Source: an uncultured Nitrospirales bacterium (GTDB lineage Bacteria; Hydrogenedentota; Hydrogenedentia; Hydrogenedentales; GCA-2746185). From it: a stretch of DNA of 64,000 bases. Shown here piece after piece: positions 39,142 through 48,125 of this stretch (within the stretch, counting starts at the first letter, position 1; every line of letters begins with the position of its first letter). The notes beneath the pieces are model-generated. The model searched no databases, was not told the DNA's origin, and saw nothing but the letters and a program-made list of their open reading frames with translations. The DNA is taken from positions 2,961 to 66,960 of the forward strand of contig CAYXRK010000004.1 in NCBI GenBank assembly GCA_964467615.1, read 5' to 3'. A program made the position numbers and the translations under genes.

Positions 39142-39600
39142 ATGAGATCAACTATTGTACTTTTCTTTCTTACCATATACCTGTTTGGTTGCCCCTGCGA
39201 CACCGTCGGCCCAGCCTATTTCGTGGTTGGCGAATTCGGCGACGTCGTGCACGGCGATTCGTATGTCATTCGGCTGGATGATCCGACGGATATCGCGCAT
39301 GCGCGGGAGTTGATTCGCGATCCGGAGGGCGTTGCCGCGCGGATTCTGGTCTGCTCTATTGCACCGGGGCCGGGGGACCTGCCAAACCAGGACTTCCTCA
39401 ACGGCGGCGAGCCTTGGTCGTGGCACGTGACGGAGTTTCAGGGGTTCGCGGAGTTCACGATCGAGATTCTCGACGGTTGGCCGAGCTTCGTGGAGGAAGA
39501 CATCGAGGGCTGGATCGCCAACACCAACGGCACGATCGGGTTTTGGAACTACACGGTCATCATGGAAGTGTCGCTCGAAGAGATCTCCACCACGCCGTAA
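39142..39600 (+). CDS. hypothetical lipoprotein
   Basis: ORF 39106..39600; ATG at 39142 gives MRSTIVLFFLTIYLFGCPC (signal peptide + lipobox-like LFGC); no confident family. Confidence 0.5.
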   Translation: MRSTIVLFFLTIYLFGCPCDTVGPAYFVVGEFGDVVHGDSYVIRLDDPTDIAHARELIRDPEGVAARILVCSIAPGPGDLPNQDFLNGGEPWSWHVTEFQGFAEFTIEILDGWPSFVEEDIEGWIANTNGTIGFWNYTVIMEVSLEEISTTP

Positions 39601-40083
39601 TCCCAAGGTTATCTGTTGACACGCGTCGAGGGATATCCAACGCATATTTCTCATCTTATTGGTTATAGTGAGTTCTCCTTGGCTCCGAATCCCGCCTATT
39701 TTGGGCAATGAATCTCCCGGGAGAAACAATGGGAATTATCGCTTTAACTCCCTTGTGGGCAAGCCAGCGCGGAAAACAAGGATATTTTGAGAGTCTGAGT
39801 GACGAAGGCGTGTAAGGAGATGCATGAAATCCCCTTCATTTTAAGCTTTTCTTGACGACAAGGGAGTCAACTGGATAATGCCCGAAACAATAGTCTCCGC
39901 ACTTTCCGGTTTATCGTAGAGATATCAGTTGAAACGTATTTTGAGAACTGAGAACAAGTCTTTGCGAACGATGACTGGTGACGAATCATAGCGGGACTTC
40001 TGTGCCGCCAAGATGGCGACGGTACGAAAGACGGCGCATTTCGTTTGATGGGGCGCTGCACATCGGCCGTCGCGCAAAAAGGC

Positions 40084-40097
40084 CTCTATATATAGAG
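40084..40097. repeat. perfect 14-bp TA-rich palindrome
   Basis: ctctatatatagag flanked by ggc/cc, inside a ~700-nt non-coding low-GC stretch; resembles the core of the AT-rich element at 31467-31517. Confidence 0.5.
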
Positions 40098-40304
40098 CCA
40101 AGCGTGTTGACCTGAAATTTCGAAAACGGGCAGCAAGCATTGGGGGTTTTGGAGATTTTCGTGGGTCCGCAGATGACGCGGATGGACGCAGATGGATGGG
40201 ACGGAACGCGGCTTCTCGCGTGGCCGAGAGAGTTAATGCTGATGGACGCCGGGCACCGGCATGGCCCACAATAGAACGATGGTTTCGTCTATGGTGGGGC
40301 GGTC

Positions 40305-40704
40305 ATGACGATTGGCGATCTGGCGAAGGCGGCGGGGGTGAGGGCTTCGACGGTGCGGTTTTATGAGCGGGCAGGGGCTGCTTGAACCGGCTGGGCGAAG
40401 CGAGGGGAATTACCGGTTGTACGGGGAGGAGTCGCTGGAGCGGCTGCGGTTTATTCGGGCGGCGCAGGACGCGGGGTTTACGTTGCAGGACGTAACGGGG
40501 TTATTGGATTTACGCGACGGGAAATCCGCGCCGTGCGCCGAGGTGCGGGGGTTGGTGGAAGCGCGATTGCTGCAACTGGAGACGCGGCTGCGGGAGTTGC
40601 GCGAGGCGAAGCGGACGCTTGAGGGTTTGGTCAAGGTGTGCCGTGAGGCGGCGGATCCAGAGCATTGCCGGGTGATTGAGCAGCTTGACGGGCGGAGGCG
40701 GTAG
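40305..40704 (+). pseudogene. MerR-family (metal-responsive) transcriptional regulator, disrupted by +1 frameshift
   Basis: ATG at 40305 encodes the HTH (MTIGDLAKAAGVRASTVRFYERAG) then hits TGA. The rest (LLEPAGRSEGNYRLY...CAEVRGL...KVCREAADPEHC) continues in the +1 frame (ORF 40363..40704). Extra G in the run at 40374-40377. Confidence 0.6.
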
Positions 40705-40806
40705 GGAGTTCGATTTTGTGCTTGACCTTGCACCTTGGTTCAGGGTGTAGGCTTTGCGTGTCGGATTTTTAGAGGCGTCGCCAGACGGTGAACGGAGGAC
40801 AGTTCC

Positions 40807-41448
40807 ATGAGTAGCATTCGGATGGTTGTTGCAGGATTCGCGGCTGTCGCCGCAGTGACGATTGGAGCACGGGCGCAAGAAGTCTGTTGCGAGGGATGCA
40901 AGATTCCCGTCAGGTCGAGTCTTGAGCTGTCGGCGACAACGGTGCAAGACACGTGGGACGCGGCGCGATTCGGGAACCGGGTGAGCCCGATTAGCGGCAA
41001 GCCGGTATCGCGCGAGCATTACGTCGAATTCGCCGACGCGGAGCGTACGCTGTACGGCCGAGTTTACGTCGCGGATGCGGGGGAACGGATCGCGGCGGAG
41101 ATGGTGGGCGCGGAGAAGCTGTACCGCAGAGTGTATTTGGGCAGCGAGGACGCGGAGATTACACAGGCGGTGCTTGAACTGAAGAACACGTTTTGTCCGG
41201 TGTCGGGCGTGGGCGCGAAGGAAGGGCAGGAGCTGGCGATTGATCCCACGATGGCGACGAACTGCACGGCTGGCGGATGTTCCGTCGGGGACGGTTTCGG
41301 CCTGACGTACAACGGCATCCGGATTCGGACGTGTTGCCCGTCGTGCGGGAAGATGTTCGCGAAAACTCCGGAGAAGTTTACGGTGAATCTGCAAGAGTTG
41401 TTTGCGGCCGCGACGCGGCCGGCGAAGAGCGGCGTCGATACGGACTGA
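40807..41448 (+). CDS. secreted Cys-rich protein (possible metal-binding, YHS/TRASH-like)
   Basis: 213 aa; signal peptide MSSIRMVVAGFAAVAAVTIGARA; Cys pairs CCEGC, FCPVSG, TCCPSCGKMF. Confidence 0.5.
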   Translation: MSSIRMVVAGFAAVAAVTIGARAQEVCCEGCKIPVRSSLELSATTVQDTWDAARFGNRVSPISGKPVSREHYVEFADAERTLYGRVYVADAGERIAAEMVGAEKLYRRVYLGSEDAEITQAVLELKNTFCPVSGVGAKEGQELAIDPTMATNCTAGGCSVGDGFGLTYNGIRIRTCCPSCGKMFAKTPEKFTVNLQELFAAATRPAKSGVDTD

Positions 41449-41530
41449 ACGGGCCGATCGATATAGAAATAAACCGCGCACCCGGTGGTGGGCCGGATGC
41501 GCGGGGGTGGGTGGGGATTGGTTGGAGGCG

Positions 41531-42226
41531 TTATTCGCGCTTGAAGGTGAAGTCGACTTTGGCTTCGGCGTCGGCGATGGTGATTTGTTGTTCCATGTAG
41601 CCGAGGCGTTCGTGCCATGCTTTTAGCGTGTAGGCGCCGGCGGGGACGTTTTTGATTTCGTAGTTGCCGGCGGCGTCGGTGACGGCGAAGAAGGGGTGCG
41701 GGAGGACGAAGGCGTAGCTTTGCATCCAGGGGTGGATGTCGCATTTTATTTTGAGGGCCTCTTCGACGATGGTGAATTCGCGGGTGCGGGGTTCGCTGCC
41801 GGCGGGTTGGCCGAAGTTGAAGGCGCGGTTTTTGGTGGCGAAGCCGCGGACGTTGTGGGTGGTTTCGTCGCCGTTGCGCACCGCGAGTTGCTGGCCGACG
41901 AGAATGCCGAAGACGTGGGGTTCGTAGCGGCAGCCTTTTTGGTCGAGGACGACGGGCTCGGCAGGCGCGGGATATTCTTTTTCCGGGGGATTGGCGATGA
42001 ACACGAAGATGTGTTGGAAGCCGCCGTCGTCGCCGATGACGGCGGCGTCGGAGAGGAGCGGCTCGGTGGCGTGTAAGCGCTTGCACACGGCGTCAGCGCC
42101 CGTGTCCAACACTTGGCGTTCGGGTTTTTGGCCTTCGAACTTGACGAGTCCTTTGACGGCGGCGTCGGACCATGCTGCGCCTGCGGCGATCGTGGTGATG
42201 AGCGCGCTTGCGAGTAGATGTTTCAT
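41531..42226 (-). CDS. cupredoxin-like / carboxypeptidase-regulatory-like domain secreted protein
   Basis: ORF 41531..42319; ATG at 42226 with AGGAGA RBS; signal peptide MKHLLASALITTIAAGAAWS; type-1-copper-like CDIHPWM motif; C-terminal DAAGNYEIKNVPAGAYTLKAW prealbumin-like segment. Confidence 0.55.
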   Translation of the reverse strand: MKHLLASALITTIAAGAAWSDAAVKGLVKFEGQKPERQVLDTGADAVCKRLHATEPLLSDAAVIGDDGGFQHIFVFIANPPEKEYPAPAEPVVLDQKGCRYEPHVFGILVGQQLAVRNGDETTHNVRGFATKNRAFNFGQPAGSEPRTREFTIVEEALKIKCDIHPWMQSYAFVLPHPFFAVTDAAGNYEIKNVPAGAYTLKAWHERLGYMEQQITIADAEAKVDFTFKRE

Positions 42227-42559
42227 GGGGTCTTTCTCCTGTGCATTTGGTTCGGGTGTTGCCGTAAGACGACGTACTGGCCAGCGAATCTGGCGTCGAA
42301 AAGTCGCAAACTCTCGCACAACGGGGCGATCGGGATCAATTGTCGTTGAGCGCGGAGACGCCAGCGTAGGACTTTAACCCGCAGTGATGGAAGGAGTGCC
42401 GTAGAGTGGGGAGCGGGATTTCGTATCGTTGCGGGGGCTTCTTGTTGACGCGCATGGGCTGGAAGCCCATGCCACGACGACGAGGGAGTGTCTTGATTAG
42501 CGCGTTGGGTGCGGCGTGTGGCAGAATGGCGGAACTGCGCCTACGAATCGGGGGATGTC

Positions 42560-42718
42560 ATGAACATTTTGAGCTTGCTGTTGACGTTGGCGACCACCAC
42601 GATTGACTATATATCGAGTTTGGGTTCGGGGCAGTTCAGCGGACTGGGTATCGCGGCGACCGTCGGGAGTTTCATCATCCAGGCCACTGAGATCATTCGC
42701 GCGATATTGGCGGGGTAG
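42560..42718 (+). CDS. small hydrophobic Gly-rich peptide (52 aa), hypothetical
   Basis: MNILSLLLTLATTTIDYISSLGSGQFSGLGIAATVGSFIIQATEIIRAILAG; GGGGGA RBS-like 5 nt upstream of ATG 42560; part of ORF 42509..42718. Confidence 0.3.
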   Translation: MNILSLLLTLATTTIDYISSLGSGQFSGLGIAATVGSFIIQATEIIRAILAG

Positions 42719-42731
42719 GGCACCGTGCTCG

Positions 42732-43550
42732 TTAGGCGGACGGGACGGACCGCCGCAGTTCGATGACTCTCTCGCGTATTTGATCGGCGAGCGCAGCGCG
42801 GTCTTGCGTTGCGGGGAGTATCGGTTCGCCGAAGACGATTTCGGCGTCGAGGTTGCCCAGGCCGATGAGACGCCAAAAGTGCGGGCCGAAGACGTGGTCG
42901 GTCTTCCAGTAAGCGACGTCTTCGGCGAAATCCATGTCGGGACGAGTGAGGCGATACTGAATTCCGACGGGGACGATGGGGGCGTTTGCGTCGAGGGCGG
43001 CTTGGAGCATTGCGCCGCGAAAGGGCAGGAGTTCCTCGCCGCCGGTGGTGGTGCTTTCGAGAAACACGCAGACGCGGTGTCCGCCGCGAAGGCGCTCGGC
43101 GACGCCTTCGATGGCGACGATAAGCCCGCGGGTCTTGCTGCGCGGCACGCCGACGGTTTCAGAAACGCGAAGTAGGTAGCCGATCACCGGCCAGGACTCA
43201 ATTTCCAATTTGGCGACGAAGAACGTGTTGACGATCGAGCCGAGCGCGATCATGTCGATGTAGCCGGCGTGGTTCGGGGCGAGCAGGACGCCGGGCGGGG
43301 GCATCGGGCCGGAGACGCGGACCTTCATTCCCAGCACGTGCCGTCCGCCGAGGAACCATTGGCGTGTCCAGTACGTCGCGGCGAAGCGTTTGGCGTTAAC
43401 CGTCCGCGCGAGGAAGCGGCCAATGAGGACGCCGGAGAGCGCCCACGCGGTACAACCTAGAAAGGCGATGAAGCGCAGGCTGGCGACTATCGGACTGGGG
43501 ACGGCCCGGCGCACCGTTGCTGAGGAAGGCCCGACTTCGGTAGTGCTCAC
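42732..43550 (-). CDS. olsA: lyso-ornithine lipid O-acyltransferase OlsA (PlsC-family)
   Basis: 272 aa; acyltransferase HX4D motif NHAGYID; immediately downstream of and overlapping the olsB-like gene. Confidence 0.7.
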   Translation of the reverse strand: MSTTEVGPSSATVRRAVPSPIVASLRFIAFLGCTAWALSGVLIGRFLARTVNAKRFAATYWTRQWFLGGRHVLGMKVRVSGPMPPPGVLLAPNHAGYIDMIALGSIVNTFFVAKLEIESWPVIGYLLRVSETVGVPRSKTRGLIVAIEGVAERLRGGHRVCVFLESTTTGGEELLPFRGAMLQAALDANAPIVPVGIQYRLTRPDMDFAEDVAYWKTDHVFGPHFWRLIGLGNLDAEIVFGEPILPATQDRAALADQIRERVIELRRSVPSA

Positions 43551-44386
43551 TTCACCACGTCCAAGGGGGAAAATTGCACCTGATGGCCGTCCATCAATAT
43601 TAAGAAATCGACGGTGCCGAAATCGCGATCGATGGCGGGGCCGGAAATGACCTTCGCGCCAAGACGCATGTAGGTCCTGAATAACTTTGGCAGCCGGATC
43701 GCAGCGCCGATTTCGAGGTCAAATTCGCGTGAAGCGTCGCCGCACGACGCGACGGGATTGGCGGGCAAGAGGAGGTCGTCGTGGAGGAACCCCTGCTCGC
43801 GGATCGTTTTCATGGCGCGCCAGCCGTCGTCCGGATCTTGCGTGGTGAGCGAGCAGCAGCCGAAGACATATTTCTGGCCGTAGGCGTTCATATAGGCGCC
43901 GATGCCTAACAAGAGTGAGACGAGCGCGGGGAAAGTTCGGTGGTCCTTGGCGAGGCTGGCTCGGCCCGTTTCGACGGACCGGTCGAAATACGGCGAGAAG
44001 TCGGTAAGGTCGTATTCGAGCGCGCTGTAGAGCCCCCGCCTCTCGAGACCGTGGCGGACGGTCTGGATTCGGTAGGTGCCGACGACGCTGCCACTCTCCT
44101 GATCGAGGAGGACCACGTGGGTCATCTGGTCGTCGAACTCATCGCGGTCGAGTCCGGTAACAACGGAACCGGCGAGTCCCTCATCGAGCTCGATATTGAA
44201 CACTTCGTAACGCAGGCGTTGTGCGGCCTCGATACATCGTTTGGAATTGGCGAACCCGGCGATGTATTTGGCGGTTTGAAAGGGCGGCAACGTCAGGACG
44301 TCGGCATCGCCGCGGCGTTGCTTGAAATCCTCCGCGCCTTGAAAGGACGCGACGGACATCCGCGTATCGGTGGATCGAATCGGCAT
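43547..44386 (-). CDS. olsB: ornithine N-acyltransferase OlsB (GNAT-like, hemolysin-like acyltransferase family)
   Basis: 279 aa; OlsB-family features (ALVSLLLGIGAYMNAYGQKYVFGCCSL); olsB-olsA gene order. Confidence 0.7.
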   Translation of the reverse strand: MPIRSTDTRMSVASFQGAEDFKQRRGDADVLTLPPFQTAKYIAGFANSKRCIEAAQRLRYEVFNIELDEGLAGSVVTGLDRDEFDDQMTHVVLLDQESGSVVGTYRIQTVRHGLERRGLYSALEYDLTDFSPYFDRSVETGRASLAKDHRTFPALVSLLLGIGAYMNAYGQKYVFGCCSLTTQDPDDGWRAMKTIREQGFLHDDLLLPANPVASCGDASREFDLEIGAAIRLPKLFRTYMRLGAKVISGPAIDRDFGTVDFLILMDGHQVQFSPLDVVK

Positions 44387-44404
44387 CGGGTCTCCCGGGG
44401 ACCG

Positions 44405-46048
44405 TTACTTGGCACTAGGATAGTGCCTGGCGACGCGATGATACAGCAGAACGTCCTTGAGGAACTGGACCGGGCCGAGGGGCTGGACGCCGCGGCGGCG
44501 GTTGGCGTCGCCGATGGCGAAGAGGACGCGGAATTGCTCGAAGAGGGTGCGGTATGCGTCGGCGAGTTGGGCCTCGGGGTCCCAGATGTGGGTGGATTCG
44601 GCGGCTGCGCCGTTGATTTCCACGATGGTGAACGCCTCCCCCCGCCGAAGCTCCTCTTCGCTCGCGTAGCGTAAGTCGAAGCGGCCAAAGAAAAAGCCGG
44701 GGACGGCGCGGGCGATCTCGTCGATTCGCCGTTCCAATTCGGGCGAATGGAGATGAACACCGTCGCGGAAGATGCAGCCTTGCTTGTGGTTTCCGGCGAA
44801 GACGAGCGGAAACCGTTTGCCGTTGTCGAGCACGTGGTCGAGTTCGTCGGCATGCCGGGCGAAGTACATTTTTTTCATCAGTGCGGCGCGGGGGTCGATC
44901 GCGATGAGATGGCGCAGACTGTTCACGCCGTCGCCGGTTACGTGCGGGAAAGTCTTGTGCGTAATCGACGTGATCCGTCCGCGTTCCTCGTCGGGGAACC
45001 GGTAGTACATCAGGCCGACCTCGTTTGGATACTCGACGAGGCGTTGCAGACAAATCGTCTCGCCGGCGGGAAACGCGGCGAGATAGGCTTCGAGTTCGGC
45101 GCGCGTCCGGACGGGTTGCACGCCGACGCCGCGTTGGCCGCGATCGGGCTTCGCGACAAAGGAAAAATCGATGCCCGCTGCGGCGAGCGCCGTGAGGGCG
45201 GCGTCGGCCATTTGCGCGGGGGCTCCGTCGGCGGGGCGATCAAAGGCGACATGCGGCGCGATCCATTTCGTGCGGATATCGTCCGCCACCATGGAGAGAA
45301 TCTCGCACTTCGACTCGCGGATCATGCCTCCGGAATAGATGCTCGGGTTGGCAGCGGTAGGCAGCGTCAGGCTGCGATGCTTGAGGGCGAGCCAGAAGTA
45401 GTACACGGCGACGGGCGCGTAGAAAACCGCCGGCGGCCAGAACTCGAACACGGAGGCGATGGGTCGTTCGGACACCGGCTCCTCGCCCATGCGCTTGACG
45501 GAACGGTATTGGACGAGCGCGAAGAACGCGATCATGGCGACGAAAATCGGCCACTTGTAGGGGCCGACGTAGGGGAGCAGCATCTCCCCCACTTTGCTGA
45601 CCGAACTCAGCACGAGCAGCGTCCACACGAACGATGCCATGAACGCCAGCGTCAGGAACCGCAGCGGCGAGGCGTGAGTAATTCCCGCGCCCAGATTGGT
45701 CGGCAACCGCAGGCCGGGTATGAAGCGGGACACGAACACCGCCGCGACAAGGTTTCGTTCGAACCAGGCGCGGGCGCGATCGATTCGGCGTTGCGACACG
45801 AGGCCCCAACTAATCGTCCTGGGGCCCACAAGCCGGCCGATCGCGTAGAGCCCGCAATCGCCAACGCCGATGCCGATCGTCAGGCTGATGAACGCGGTCA
45901 TATAGAACATGCTGCCGTCGGCGACGAGCAAACCGCAGGCGACAATGGTCGTGTCTTCGAGGATGAAGGTACACAACGCGGCGACCACGCCTTGCAGCGG
46001 GGGGCTTTCCTGGAGCGTCGTGAGCGCCGTTGTGATCCATTCGTTCAC
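44405..46048 (-). CDS. DedA/VTT-family membrane domain fused to ATP-grasp domain protein
   Basis: 547 aa; N-terminal ~200 aa polytopic DedA-like (FIPGLRLP); C-terminal ATP-grasp signatures (FFGRFDLRY...FTIVEINGAAAES); 18 nt upstream of olsB, overlaps NRDE gene by 4 nt. Confidence 0.65.
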   Translation of the reverse strand: MNEWITTALTTLQESPPLQGVVAALCTFILEDTTIVACGLLVADGSMFYMTAFISLTIGIGVGDCGLYAIGRLVGPRTISWGLVSQRRIDRARAWFERNLVAAVFVSRFIPGLRLPTNLGAGITHASPLRFLTLAFMASFVWTLLVLSSVSKVGEMLLPYVGPYKWPIFVAMIAFFALVQYRSVKRMGEEPVSERPIASVFEFWPPAVFYAPVAVYYFWLALKHRSLTLPTAANPSIYSGGMIRESKCEILSMVADDIRTKWIAPHVAFDRPADGAPAQMADAALTALAAAGIDFSFVAKPDRGQRGVGVQPVRTRAELEAYLAAFPAGETICLQRLVEYPNEVGLMYYRFPDEERGRITSITHKTFPHVTGDGVNSLRHLIAIDPRAALMKKMYFARHADELDHVLDNGKRFPLVFAGNHKQGCIFRDGVHLHSPELERRIDEIARAVPGFFFGRFDLRYASEEELRRGEAFTIVEINGAAAESTHIWDPEAQLADAYRTLFEQFRVLFAIGDANRRRGVQPLGPVQFLKDVLLYHRVARHYPSAK

Positions 46049-46821
46049 GAAACCGCCTTAGCTGAACCGGCAAGAGCTTCGTCGTTGAGGGCGATGGATT
46101 CCGTGGCGTGCGGGGCCTCGGAACGCGGCGTTGGCCGGGCCCAATAGCGCATCTCGACGCGGTGGTCACGGTAGTTCAGCCGAACCTGCGTAATGCTGCG
46201 CGTGGAGGACCACTCGCGCCGCATCAGGGGAGAGCGGTCCTCGTGGCCGGCCTCCTGTATCAGGTGGAAGTCCGGGAGTGTGCCCTTGCGCAAGGCGCCT
46301 TCGCGGAGCCATTGGGCAAACCTGTCTTCGCGCCATTGAGTCACGTCTTGGCTGTCCCAGCCTGACGAAGAATAGACGTACCATTCGCCCTTGACGGTTT
46401 CAGTCTCGATGCCGCCGTTGCGTCTCCAGATGAAACGCGAAGAACCTTCGGGCCAAACGACATGGACGGAGAACGACGGATATCGGGCGGGGTCAAAGAC
46501 GTTGAAAAGCCAATCGATTCCCGTCTTCGCGGGCCCGCGCTGAAGCAGGTTGGGAATGATATCTCCGCGGGTTGGGAGGGGATGTTTGGGATCGGGGAGG
46601 AGGCTCTCGCCGGGCATATACATATTCAGAAGGCAGGCGATGACACCGTGTTCGTTCGCACCCATCCAGGTGCCGCCGCGTTCGCTGTCCTTCGGGGCAA
46701 CCCAACGGGGCGGGCCGTCGTGGACGATCGGCGGAAACTCGGAGGCACGCGAGATCAATTCGTCGCGATTGAACGTGACGAGTACCTCTTTGGCGGAATG
46801 GTGAATCGAAACGGTACACAC
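46045..46821 (-). CDS. NRDE-family protein (TANGO2 homologue)
   Basis: 258 aa; N-terminal CTVSIHHSAKEVLVTFNRDE motif that names the NRDE/DUF833 family. Confidence 0.8.
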   Translation of the reverse strand: MCTVSIHHSAKEVLVTFNRDELISRASEFPPIVHDGPPRWVAPKDSERGGTWMGANEHGVIACLLNMYMPGESLLPDPKHPLPTRGDIIPNLLQRGPAKTGIDWLFNVFDPARYPSFSVHVVWPEGSSRFIWRRNGGIETETVKGEWYVYSSSGWDSQDVTQWREDRFAQWLREGALRKGTLPDFHLIQEAGHEDRSPLMRREWSSTRSITQVRLNYRDHRVEMRYWARPTPRSEAPHATESIALNDEALAGSAKAVS

Positions 46822-46922
46822 GGGGCGGGATGGTTTCGCGGACAGAGATGAGGGTAGTAAGAGAAAGTCGACTCAAAAAGAGCGCGAAGCATAACAGAGG
46901 GGGATCGGGATGCTAAACCGAG

Positions 46923-47396
46923 CTAGACTTTTACCGAATCCTTGGATGGGCGCAGACCGTAGAGCGTGAGCAACAGCGCCACCATAATGGTCACGCCGCA
47001 CACCATAAGGGTGTTCGTAACCAGCGCGCTGTCTCCGCCGTTTGGCGGTGGGAATTTTTCGGTGAGCGTCGGCATAAGCTTCGAAGACGCCCCGATGAAG
47101 GCGGCTGCAACACCCGCCGCGCCATTGGTCCATGTGCCAATTTGAAGCATTGCGAACCAGACCTTCAGCGCATTCGAATTTAGACGCAGTTCCTGAACCA
47201 GGAAGCCGAAAGCGACCATCAAAACACCATTCGCGGTAAATTCGATGTGGGCCATCACGATGCCGCGGAACCACTGCACGGCGGACGGTGGAATAAACCC
47301 GACGGCGCAGCCGACTGTAATCTGCAGGACCCCCAGCAGCAGGATCCAACGTTTGAGTGTTGCTTTCAAGTTGTCGATGTCGGTTGTCATAAGCAA
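46923..47396 (-). CDS. hypothetical integral membrane protein
   Basis: 157 aa with 4 hydrophobic helices; no family recognised. Confidence 0.5.
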   Translation of the reverse strand: MLMTTDIDNLKATLKRWILLLGVLQITVGCAVGFIPPSAVQWFRGIVMAHIEFTANGVLMVAFGFLVQELRLNSNALKVWFAMLQIGTWTNGAAGVAAAFIGASSKLMPTLTEKFPPPNGGDSALVTNTLMVCGVTIMVALLLTLYGLRPSKDSVKV

Positions 47397-47441
47397 CTCC
47401 CTCTTATGCTTTTAACGCGAGATGACTTTCGCGGTGGGCCG

Positions 47442-48026
47442 TTAGGCCGTCGCGGCGCGGTGGGCGGCGGTGGAGAACGCGAGCGTCAGTTCCTCGCGGA
47501 CTTCGACGCCCAACTCGCGGGCGAGTTGACCCACGACGGCGAGGTGATGGATGGCGTGACTCGAAAGGAACACGAGTTCGCGGCCGAAGGTCGAGTCGAG
47601 CTCCGCAACGGTGCCGTCCGGCGAAACGTATTGGACGACCTTGACCGGCTTGGCAAGGGCGGCGTTCGACACTGCGGCGAGACGGCGCGTAACATCGTCG
47701 AGCGCCTGCCGGAACGCATCGACGTTAGTCTCGAGGCGCAAATCGCGCGCGCGGGCGTCGTATTCGAAGCGGCCAGTCGCCATGCCGTTGACGAAGCATT
47801 GATAGTGTTCGAGGCAATGGCGGAGATGTTCGCCGATCGTTCCGGAGTGGCCGATGGGCGCGGAGAAGCGGTCCTCGCCTACATCATCGAGGAACTCAGA
47901 TATGCGGCGGCACGTCTCGAGACACCCGGCGACGGGCGCGGGTACACCGGGATAGATGGGATGGATCATTGGACGCTGGATCCCTACGAGAAACGGATTT
48001 ATTTCCGAGTATGGCCAGTCTAACAC
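47442..48026 (-). CDS. DinB/YfiT-like (DinB_2) metal-dependent protein
   Basis: 194 aa; His triad pattern HSGTIGEHLRH ... HAIHH typical of the DinB_2 four-helix-bundle family; start may be ATG at 47969. Confidence 0.65.
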   Translation of the reverse strand: MLDWPYSEINPFLVGIQRPMIHPIYPGVPAPVAGCLETCRRISEFLDDVGEDRFSAPIGHSGTIGEHLRHCLEHYQCFVNGMATGRFEYDARARDLRLETNVDAFRQALDDVTRRLAAVSNAALAKPVKVVQYVSPDGTVAELDSTFGRELVFLSSHAIHHLAVVGQLARELGVEVREELTLAFSTAAHRAATA

Positions 48027-48125
48027 AGAATTCGTAGAAACAATGTTAGGGAATCGTGCGGAAATTGCTGGGCCAAAGACCGATTTGCCGTGATAGTAGG
48101 CGGCTGTCCCCTATTCCGCCGGCTA

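Noticed and set aside
39601-40304. Looked for tRNA/tmRNA/RNase P/SRP RNA in this and other intergenic stretches (33145-33580, 57206-57599, 31084-31646)
   Set aside because: No GGTTCGAATCC-like T-arm, no cloverleaf-compatible segments or conserved SRP/RNase P motifs seen by eye; a proper tRNAscan/cmscan is still needed
40510-42086. ORFs 40510..41481(-) and 41064..42086(-), 323/340 aa
   Set aside because: Extreme R/P/H composition; overlap the secreted Cys-rich gene and cupredoxin gene
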